27,610 nucleotides of DNA from IMG/VR virus record IMGVR_UViG_3300043464_001365, positions 1 to 27,610 of that record; one strand, written 5' to 3'. A model generated the notes under the pieces. It saw nothing but the letters and a program-made list of their open reading frames with translations, made no database searches and was not told the origin of the DNA. This document shows positions 17,316 to 24,615 of the stretch, in pieces. The position numbers and the translations under genes were made by a program. How positions within the stretch are numbered: position 1 is the first letter of the stretch; the number at the start of each line of letters is the position of its first letter. Source of the DNA: a virus (lineage: Duplodnaviria; Caudoviricetes).

Positions 17316-18910
17316 GCGTAGTAGTCTCCGGTGCCGCGGGCGACCGCTTCGGCCAGTGTGATGCAGCGGTACTCGCCCGACTTAATGAGCGGGTACGCCC
17401 GGTTCGTCACGGCGAGCATGTTCGCGTTCTCCTGCGAGCGGTTGGCGTGGCCGTAGAACACGGCGAGACCGGCCTGTTCGTCAAGGATGTCGAGCGTCGC
17501 CAGCGAGACCGTCGCGCCGTAGGGCGTGGCGTGCTGCACGTCGAGGCAGTCGAGGTGGTTGGTGAACGACGACTGCTCGGCGCTGGTGCTCGTGTGCGAG
17601 ATGATGTCGATGCCGTTCTCAAGAAGCAGATCGCGCTGGTCCGGTGTCATGTTGCCCTGGTGCGACGCGTAGATCCGCGAGCCCTGCTCGAAGCCGTTGT
17701 CCTGGAGCCACGCCATCGCGGGATAGATGTGGTACTTCCAGAAGTCTTCGGCCGAGACCTCGCGCTGCTTGTAGTACGGGCCGGACGTGTCGCTGTCGCG
17801 GCGATCGCCGAGGAACTTGTTCCAGCCGTGGTTGCCGATCATGTGGCCCGACCGCTGCATGGCGATGAGATCGGCCTTGGTCGCGTAGCCGGACTGTCCG
17901 ACCATGCGGGGATGGACGTGGAAGTTGCCGCGGATGCCGTGCTTGTCGAACTCCTTGGCGGTGAGCACGCAGTTCGCGTAGCCGTCGTCGTCGCGGAAGG
18001 CGATGAACTTCTGCCGCCCGTCGTTGATGAGGAAGTGCATCGAGTCGAGCGTCATGTAGCAGGTGTTGCTCGCGGTCGGCTGGCAGTAGAGGCGGAACCA
18101 CTTGATCCGCTTGAGGTCGATCGAAGTGCCGATCGTCGCCGCGGTGGGCTGGGCGTAGCAGATGTTCCAGCCGGGTCCACAGACAGCCGACGAGTCGAAC
18201 TGCTGCCAGTTCGCCATCGTGATGTTGGTGTTGACGTTGTTGACGTCGGTGAGGCCGAGCGTGAGCTTGAAGACGGGACCGCTCTGGACCTGCTGCTGGG
18301 CGGGATCGACGTAGACCATCGCGCGGATGGTCGGCATGATGTTCGTGCCGCCGGTGATGTCCACCGGGTTTGCCGTGTAGTCGTACCGAAGTTCCGACGA
18401 CGTGCCAGACAGCGACGTTTGCTTGATCGAATAGGGCAGCGACTCGCCGCTCTGGACTTCACCCGATCGGCAGTTGACGAAGTCCTTCTCGATCGTGCCG
18501 CTGATGGCGACGGCGGCGGACGCGTTGATGAAGTCGAACGGCAAGACGTGCGAGCATCGGAACCCAGCCTTGCGGATGCCGCGCGGCGTCGAACGCTGAC
18601 GGAACTGGAGCTGGGGCGACAGCTTGTAGGGGTTGTTCTCGACGCGGAAGACGCCGCGCTGGACGTTGGAGATCGACGTGCCGACCGTCACGGCGACGGC
18701 GCGGTACTGGTCCATCGTGGGGACAACGAGCACGCCGCTTTCGGTCATGAAGCCGAGGATGACGTGGTCGGTCTGTTCGTCGTTGCGGCCTTCGATGCGG
18801 AGGAGCCCGTCGCCGCTGAACTCGGCCCGGATCGGAACGGTGGACTCGGTCGCATTGCTGCGAACCCAGTTCCCGGTTCCGGGGGCGGTGAATCGTGCGG
18901 CGAGGATCAT
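17312..18910 (-). CDS. Multidomain protein with C-terminal polysaccharide deacetylase (CE4/NodB) domain (532 aa)
   Basis: CE4 motifs AFRDDDGY, GIRGNF, GHMIGNHG, FYGH; central CBM-like GWN...IDL..I..FR segment; start ATG 18910 just after the terminator. Confidence 0.8.
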   Translation of the reverse strand: MILAARFTAPGTGNWVRSNATESTVPIRAEFSGDGLLRIEGRNDEQTDHVILGFMTESGVLVVPTMDQYRAVAVTVGTSISNVQRGVFRVENNPYKLSPQLQFRQRSTPRGIRKAGFRCSHVLPFDFINASAAVAISGTIEKDFVNCRSGEVQSGESLPYSIKQTSLSGTSSELRYDYTANPVDITGGTNIMPTIRAMVYVDPAQQQVQSGPVFKLTLGLTDVNNVNTNITMANWQQFDSSAVCGPGWNICYAQPTAATIGTSIDLKRIKWFRLYCQPTASNTCYMTLDSMHFLINDGRQKFIAFRDDDGYANCVLTAKEFDKHGIRGNFHVHPRMVGQSGYATKADLIAMQRSGHMIGNHGWNKFLGDRRDSDTSGPYYKQREVSAEDFWKYHIYPAMAWLQDNGFEQGSRIYASHQGNMTPDQRDLLLENGIDIISHTSTSAEQSSFTNHLDCLDVQHATPYGATVSLATLDILDEQAGLAVFYGHANRSQENANMLAVTNRAYPLIKSGEYRCITLAEAVARGTGDYYA

Positions 18911-18926
18911 GTGGTAGCTCCTAGTG

Positions 18927-18959
18927 AAAAAAACCGCCTCCCGTTTCCGGGAGGCGGTT
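18927..18959 (-). terminator. Rho-independent terminator (Tphi-like) after the capsid genes
   Basis: AACCGCCTCCCG-GAAA-CGGGAGGCGGTT stem with T7 run on the minus strand, 5 nt after the stop codon. Confidence 0.92.
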
Positions 18960-18963
18960 CGGA

Positions 18964-19542
18964 TTACAGGTCCTGCGAAGTGTCGCCGCACATCTCGCCA
19001 GTCACTAGAACCCAGCCGTTGATGGTCAGGGTGCGCGTCGACGCGACGTCGTCGCTGGTGGCGAAGTTGAGCCGCAGAACGGTCGCGGTCGACTGCCCGT
19101 TGAGGTAGCCGAGACGGGCCGAAGACCGGGCCGCGATCGGACCGGCCGCGCTTGCGGCCATCGCCGCTGCGGTGGACGGAAGGAAATCCACTTCCGTCGA
19201 AGTGAGAGTTCCGTTGTCAACGCCAGCGGCGGTGCTGCCAATACCAACCACAAGGTTGGCGGCGGTCAGCGACGCGCCATCCGCCGCGATGGTCTTGAGA
19301 CGCATCGTGACGCACGTGAGGTCGTTGAGGCCGATGGGGAAGGTGCAGAGCGTGATCGATCCGGACGCGATCGAGGCGCTCGTGCGAAGCAGCGTCACCG
19401 TCGCGTTGGTGAGCTTGATGAGGTACTGGAACTTGTTGGCGGGCGCGACGTCGATGGTCACGCCGGCGGAAGTGGTGGTGGGGACGTCGTTGTTCATCTT
19501 CGGACGACTGACGACAATCGTCGGATTTCCTGAAAGGCTCAT
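18964..19542 (-). CDS. Probable capsid decoration / minor head protein (192 aa)
   Basis: Between major capsid and terminator (highly expressed unit); AAGGA SD; Thr/Ala-rich beta-sandwich pattern. Confidence 0.6.
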   Translation of the reverse strand: MSLSGNPTIVVSRPKMNNDVPTTTSAGVTIDVAPANKFQYLIKLTNATVTLLRTSASIASGSITLCTFPIGLNDLTCVTMRLKTIAADGASLTAANLVVGIGSTAAGVDNGTLTSTEVDFLPSTAAAMAASAAGPIAARSSARLGYLNGQSTATVLRLNFATSDDVASTRTLTINGWVLVTGEMCGDTSQDL

Positions 19543-19573
19543 GGGGTTGCTTCCTTGTTGGTGTGCGTGTGGA

Positions 19574-20656
19574 TCAGGCGCTGATGACTTCGATCGAGCC
19601 CACCAGGTAGGTGTCGAGCGGGTCGAAGCCGATGTGAGCGGACACGACGACCATGTCGCTCTGGTACTCGATCAGGTAGTCCGTCTCGACATCGATCGGG
19701 CCGACCTGACGCATGCCGACGGGCGCGGTGCCCTCGGGTCCGCGGAAGACCGCGACAGCCACGGGCTCGCCAGCGTTGTTGGCGTTGGTGCCGTAGGAGT
19801 AGTTGCCCCAGTACTTCGACGGGTAGCCGGTCGCGCCCGACGCCGAGTTGATGTTCGACGTGCGGATGCGGTCGGTGCCGGGAACGACGTAGATGTCAAA
19901 GTTGGCGATGCGGCCGATCGCCGAGCGCTGGATGTTGTTGACCGACTGGTCCTGAGCGAACCGCTGGTCGAACAGGGTCGTGTCCTGCTGGAGCGCCAAG
20001 GCGGCGCCGGGAGTGATGTAGAGCTTCGCGCCGTCTTCGGGGAGATCACGCTGACGGGCGAGGAGGCGGAGGTTGTCGATCTGGGCACGAAGAGCCGCGC
20101 CGCCGTTGGCCGTCGCGGGGAACGCGCCGCCCGTGTTGTAGACGCCCGTGGCGTTCGTCACCTGCACGCGGTTTGCGCCAGCGTGGAGCTGGAGGTTGCC
20201 GTTGCTGTCGGTCGGGGCCGTGGTCTGCCGCGACGCCTTGTGCAGCGCGAGGAAGGCCCGGCGATCGATCTCGCGCATGGTCTCGTCAACCGCGCCCTGA
20301 ACGACGGGACGGAAGGGCTCGAACTCCGAGATCCGGCGGAGGTGCTTGGGGATGTAGTGAGCGAGCGAGATCGGGCGGTCGTCCAGCTTGATCTCGATCT
20401 GCTGGAAGCCGTAGGCCGAACCCTGCAAGCGCGAGCCGAACTCCATCGCAATGTCGGGACGCGGGGTCCACGCCTTGCGGAAGAAGACGCTGTTGGTGCC
20501 GGACGACTCGACCTTGCGGAGAACCGCCTGGCTGTCGTTGGCGAGGATGGGGGCCGTGCGGAAGGCTTCGGCCACCATGGCGCTGCCTTCTTTGCGAAGC
20601 GTGAGATTGAAATCGTCGGTTCCGCTTCGGAGGAAGGGAACGGTGGAAATGGACAT
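19574..20656 (-). CDS. Major capsid protein (T7 gp10-like, 360 aa)
   Basis: GGAG SD; size; IEIKLDD, Y-I-T-P and G.IANF.IY motifs; position after scaffold. Confidence 0.9.
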   Translation of the reverse strand: MSISTVPFLRSGTDDFNLTLRKEGSAMVAEAFRTAPILANDSQAVLRKVESSGTNSVFFRKAWTPRPDIAMEFGSRLQGSAYGFQQIEIKLDDRPISLAHYIPKHLRRISEFEPFRPVVQGAVDETMREIDRRAFLALHKASRQTTAPTDSNGNLQLHAGANRVQVTNATGVYNTGGAFPATANGGAALRAQIDNLRLLARQRDLPEDGAKLYITPGAALALQQDTTLFDQRFAQDQSVNNIQRSAIGRIANFDIYVVPGTDRIRTSNINSASGATGYPSKYWGNYSYGTNANNAGEPVAVAVFRGPEGTAPVGMRQVGPIDVETDYLIEYQSDMVVVSAHIGFDPLDTYLVGSIEVISA

Positions 20657-20698
20657 GGGATGACTCCGTGGTTGATTGCGTCAGTGAGAACCGCTTTC

Positions 20699-20876
20699 AG
20701 CCTCGAAGTCCGCGCGCAAGGTGTCGATCACGAGTCGCGGGCCGTTTCCGGGTGTCCGCGAATCGATCTCGGCTTGAACTGGACTGTCGGCTTGGTCGTC
20801 GTCGCGCTCGCGGCCTCTCGGCTGTGCTGCGACGAAACCGGAAACCGCCCGCCGACATTTCTGCCGGCGGGTCGGT
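20699..20876 (-). ncRNA. Structured cis-regulatory leader upstream of the capsid gene (three GNRA-capped hairpins)
   Basis: Stems paired by hand at 20844-20876 (GAAA), 20799-20835 (GAGA), 20699-20792 (GAAA) within a 243-nt intergenic gap. Confidence 0.6.
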
Positions 20877-20899
20877 AGGAGGAACGGTGGCTCGGTTGT

Positions 20900-21235
20900 T
20901 TATGTGGTGGGCGTGACCGGCTTGCCGTTCGTCTTGGCTGGCTTCTCCGAAGACTTCTCGCCGAGCTGCTTCTGGAGCTCTTCGACCTTGGCCCGGAGTT
21001 CTTCGGTCTCGCTGGTGATGCCGTTGCTGTTGGGGAGCCGCGACCACGCATCCTCAAACGCGTTCTGGTCGCCAGCGCCGTAGCCCTGACAGAGAATCGA
21101 GTTGGTGGGCCCGTGCTTGATCGACATGCGGATCTTGCCTGCGTGCTGCCCGTTGCCGATGAACGACGAATCGACGACCAGCTCGCGGTCGCGGAGAATC
21201 GATGCCTGCGAAGCGGTGATGAAATGGGTAGCCAT
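20900..21235 (-). CDS. Hypothetical protein (111 aa) between scaffold and capsid
   Basis: AAGGA SD, codon usage like neighbours, C-terminal coiled coil. Confidence 0.75.
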   Translation of the reverse strand: MATHFITASQASILRDRELVVDSSFIGNGQHAGKIRMSIKHGPTNSILCQGYGAGDQNAFEDAWSRLPNSNGITSETEELRAKVEELQKQLGEKSSEKPAKTNGKPVTPTT

Positions 21236-21244
21236 GTGGTGTCC

Positions 21245-22090
21245 TTACTGCAACTTTTCGAGAACGCTCTGGGGAGTGGCGCGGAAACGGGCTTCGGCTT
21301 CTTGATCGCCCTTGCGACGCCGACGCATCACGTCGATCAGCTCTTCGGGCGACGAGATCGGACGCGGCGCCGTGACCATGCCGCCGGAAACCAGCGGGGC
21401 GATCTTGTCGGCCCCGGTCTTGCGGTCGTACATCGATCGCATCTCAAGGGCCGCACCTTCCCACAGGTCGGGGTCTTTGAGGCGACGGTCGAGATCGGCG
21501 ACGACCTTCTCGGGGAGCGTCTTTACGAACTCCATCACGGTCGCGGCCTGAGTGTCGCCGCCCATGATCGAATCGAAGCGGGTCTTGACTTCGGTCTGGA
21601 ACTTGACGTGGGCCTCGTTCCTGAGCTTGAACGCTTCGTGGGCGGTCGAGAACTGGTCGTCGATGACCTTCTTGGTCGCGCCTGGGATCGCCTTCTTGAT
21701 CGCCGCGTAGTCCGCGTCCGAGAGCTTGCCGTCCTTGGCAAACTTCTCAGACACGGCTTGGAGGTCAACGCCTGCGGTCTTGAGGATCGTGCCGTAGTCG
21801 GCGTCGTCGCCGTACTGCGGGGCGGCCGGCGTCTCGGCGGGCTTCGCCGCCGGGTTGCCCTGGACGTGGTTGTAGAACGCGACGGCGGCGTCTCGGCTGG
21901 CGAACGTGCCGCCTTCGCCGTACAGGACCGTCTTTTCGGGGAGCGGGACGCCGCGGCTGCTGAGAAGTTCGCCGAACCCCTTCTGGAACGCGGTGTCGTC
22001 CGCGAACTTGCCCGCGATCAAATCTGGCTGCGGCGGTGCCGCTACCGGCGTCGGTGCGGGTTGCACCGGCGCGACTGCTGATTCTGCCAT
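21245..22090 (-). CDS. Capsid scaffolding protein (gp9-like)
   Basis: Pro/Ala-rich start, LIAGKF, GKLS..DY and MGGD segments; between portal and capsid; GGAG SD. Confidence 0.85.
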   Translation of the reverse strand: MAESAVAPVQPAPTPVAAPPQPDLIAGKFADDTAFQKGFGELLSSRGVPLPEKTVLYGEGGTFASRDAAVAFYNHVQGNPAAKPAETPAAPQYGDDADYGTILKTAGVDLQAVSEKFAKDGKLSDADYAAIKKAIPGATKKVIDDQFSTAHEAFKLRNEAHVKFQTEVKTRFDSIMGGDTQAATVMEFVKTLPEKVVADLDRRLKDPDLWEGAALEMRSMYDRKTGADKIAPLVSGGMVTAPRPISSPEELIDVMRRRRKGDQEAEARFRATPQSVLEKLQ

Positions 22091-22105
22091 TCCTAACTCC
22101 GTTCA

Positions 22106-23692
22106 CTACGCCGGTTGAAGAGCCTGCTGAGCACCTTGCTCGGCGATGGTTCCCGCCGACTGGATCATCTGCTGAGTCGCCTGCTGGCGGGCCATCGCCT
22201 GCTCTGCGGCCTGACGCTCACGCGCCATCGTCTCACGCGACTTGATGAGTCCGGGCGCGTCGAGCGACTGCATCCGAACGATCATGTCGAGGAGGATGTT
22301 GTGGTCGATCCGCTGCATGATCTCGGGGTTGAACTGCGCGACCTTGGCGACGATGTCCATCGTTTCGAGTGTGGTGGCGAGCTTCTGGCGACGACCAATC
22401 GCTTCTAGTCCGGTCGTCGTGCTGATCTGCGTCACGCTCTGGAGGTCGGCGTGGATGAGCCGCTGGACCCGCATCTCGTCAAGCAGAGCGGCCACAAGCG
22501 GGATCTGGTTCTCGTCGCCGATCGCGGAGAAGACGCCGCCGGTCAAGCCCTGCAACTGTTCGAGCATGACCTTCCAGCCGAAGCTGTGACGACCGGCCTC
22601 GCCTCGGGGGGCGCTGTCGCCCTCCAGAAGCATCGCCTGCCCGAGCGACTTCGCCAGCCGCTCCATGACGACGTTGACGATCTGGAAGTCGGGCATCTTG
22701 TCGACCTTGAGATAGCCGACGTCCTGCACGACGCCGCCGATGACTCGGCCGTCGACGACCACTTCGCCGGACCGCTTCTTCTCGAAGTTCTTGGGGTCCA
22801 TCTGGCTCTGCGAGTCGAGGACCGGGTTGATCATCGAGGCTGCGGCGGCGAAGTCGAGCGTGCGGCCGGTCAGAATGTCGAACGCCGCGAGATCGGCCTG
22901 ATTGAGCTCGATGAGCCCGCGGCCGTAGTTCTCGCCCGGAGGCAGCTCGTAGGCGGTCGCGTAGTAGCGGCTGTGACGGTGCTCGGCCTGGCCGATCTCT
23001 TTGCCGTTGATCTCTTGGGTGACGACCCACTTCCGCGTGATCGGCTGGAACTCGATCAGCGTGAAGAGGTCGACGTCCTCGGCGTTGTCGTCGAACTTGA
23101 CTTCGGCCTTTTCGATCTGCTGCGGGGTCAGCGATTGCGGGCCGACCTTCTCACAGGTGATGAAGCGGAGCACGGCGCCGCTGCCGTCGCGCTTGGTGAC
23201 GTACTGGTCGCGGCGGAAGACGCGGATGCGGAAGTCGCTGGTCAGTTGCTCCAGCGTGTCGCCAGTGATGATGCACTGGTCGATCGACACACGCTTCTGC
23301 GAACGGAACGACCGCGCGAACCCGGCGCCAGCGTGGCGGATGTGTGCCGACTCCAGCAACGCCATCGCCTTCAACTCTTCGACGAAGAGCATGTCGCGGA
23401 TGCGCTGGTACTGGTCGGTCGGGTAGGCGTAGCGGAGCTTGGGAGCAAGGTCGAGCGAGAAGAACGGCTCGCCAGCGGGGTAGAGAATCGCACCCATCTT
23501 GCCGCTGAGGTTCGTCACGCCCATCTGAGCGATGGATGTGTACGACTGCTCCATCGACTCGTTGTCGGTTTGACCGATCGGCGGCAGGAACCACGGCTTG
23601 CTGTGCGCGGCGCACCAGCGGGCCCGGTCCAGAGTCGCGGAGCGAGCGTTGTGCTCGTTGCTCCAGCGGTCTGCGATTGTCTTGGATGGCAT
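22106..23692 (-). CDS. Portal / head-tail connector (gp8-like, 528 aa)
   Basis: G..NL..K....L.P...PFF, YV.KRD..G and GENYGRG motifs. Confidence 0.95.
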   Translation of the reverse strand: MPSKTIADRWSNEHNARSATLDRARWCAAHSKPWFLPPIGQTDNESMEQSYTSIAQMGVTNLSGKMGAILYPAGEPFFSLDLAPKLRYAYPTDQYQRIRDMLFVEELKAMALLESAHIRHAGAGFARSFRSQKRVSIDQCIITGDTLEQLTSDFRIRVFRRDQYVTKRDGSGAVLRFITCEKVGPQSLTPQQIEKAEVKFDDNAEDVDLFTLIEFQPITRKWVVTQEINGKEIGQAEHRHSRYYATAYELPPGENYGRGLIELNQADLAAFDILTGRTLDFAAAASMINPVLDSQSQMDPKNFEKKRSGEVVVDGRVIGGVVQDVGYLKVDKMPDFQIVNVVMERLAKSLGQAMLLEGDSAPRGEAGRHSFGWKVMLEQLQGLTGGVFSAIGDENQIPLVAALLDEMRVQRLIHADLQSVTQISTTTGLEAIGRRQKLATTLETMDIVAKVAQFNPEIMQRIDHNILLDMIVRMQSLDAPGLIKSRETMARERQAAEQAMARQQATQQMIQSAGTIAEQGAQQALQPA

Positions 23693-23695
23693 GGG

Positions 23696-23947
23696 TTACT
23701 TGGGGATGAAGAGGCCCGTGCCTGGGGTGTCCTGGGGTGTGATGATGAACGACTCGGTGCCGCGACGACGGCGGGCGCGGCCGGCGGCGTCGACCGCGGC
23801 GGCTTCCTGACTGGCGACCAGCCGGGACGCGGCGTCGGATTCGTACTGCGAACGGTTCCGCTCAAGGCGTGCGGCGATCTCGTCGGGGTCGGGCCCCTTG
23901 GGGACTCCGAGCCCGAGCGTGCTGAGGCTGTCGTTGACGAAGCTCAT
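23696..23947 (-). CDS. Small virion/tail assembly protein (gp7.3-like, 83 aa)
   Basis: ATGA-coupled start MSFV; RRRRG and terminal GL.IP motif directly before the portal. Confidence 0.7.
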   Translation of the reverse strand: MSFVNDSLSTLGLGVPKGPDPDEIAARLERNRSQYESDAASRLVASQEAAAVDAAGRARRRRGTESFIITPQDTPGTGLFIPK

Positions 23948-24165
23948 TTGAGGTTCCTCAGAAATGCCCGGATGTCGGACGCGACCGAACGCTTGCCGGA
24001 TCGCCACAGGTACTCGTTGGGGTTTGCGACGGTCTCGGGCTTGACCTCGACCAGTTCGTACCGATCTTCGATCCACGCCGCGACGGCCTCAAACTGACTT
24101 GCCGAAACACCCGGAGGCAGCGTCGAAGACGGCCTCGTGGATCGCGGTTGGCTTGATGTGCTCAT
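23944..24165 (-). CDS. gp6.5-like small protein (73 aa)
   Basis: W.SGKRSV motif resembling the conserved G.RSV segment of pre-portal T7-like small proteins; synteny. Confidence 0.6.
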   Translation of the reverse strand: MSTSSQPRSTRPSSTLPPGVSASQFEAVAAWIEDRYELVEVKPETVANPNEYLWRSGKRSVASDIRAFLRNLK

Positions 24166-24586
24166 AGAGGTCCTTGCAGGTGACGACCGATCGCGGCACG
24201 TCGATCCCGCAAGCGATCAGGTACTCGGACACGCGGTCGACGCAGTTGTTCACCCGCGGCAGTCGCCCGCCCGAGTAGAACCGAGCCAGCGACGCCGGCA
24301 CGAGCCACGTCTTCGTTTTTGGGTTGGTCGGCCAGTCGATCGGGTTGATCGGACGTGGGCACGGGACCACTACCGCAGTCAGAAGCCACGGGTATTTCTC
24401 AAGAACAGCGTCGTAGCGACGGACGCCCTCGTCCCGGTAGCTCGGGTCGAAAACGCCACGCCGATCACCGACCATGCAGTGCGCGGCCGGAAACCGGGAC
24501 AAGAGCCGGGTCAAACTGTCTGGAAACCGAAAAGGGTGCCCGCCGGTGAAAAACACGGTCAGTCCCAAAACCGTAGAGTCCCGCAT
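24089..24586 (-). CDS. Permuted papain-like (NlpC/P60 superfamily) protein (165 aa)
   Basis: N-terminal His (AAHC) and C-terminal Cys (NNCV..V...L..CGI....T..DL), the circularly permuted order. Confidence 0.55.
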   Translation of the reverse strand: MRDSTVLGLTVFFTGGHPFRFPDSLTRLLSRFPAAHCMVGDRRGVFDPSYRDEGVRRYDAVLEKYPWLLTAVVVPCPRPINPIDWPTNPKTKTWLVPASLARFYSGGRLPRVNNCVDRVSEYLIACGIDVPRSVVTCKDLYEHIKPTAIHEAVFDAASGCFGKSV

Positions 24587-24615
24587 CTAGAAACACGCCA
24601 AACATAACTCAAACA

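Noticed and set aside
19543-19620. Possible T7 10A/10B-style frameshift fusing the capsid to the 192-aa protein
   Set aside because: The downstream frame is open but +1, no slippery heptamer is visible, and the gene has its own AAGGA SD and ATG
24587-24615. T-rich gap after RNAP as phage-specific promoter
   Set aside because: Plausible by position, but I found no repeated ~20-bp consensus elsewhere (only GGACTCTAC shared in opposite orientation near 590); needs a motif search
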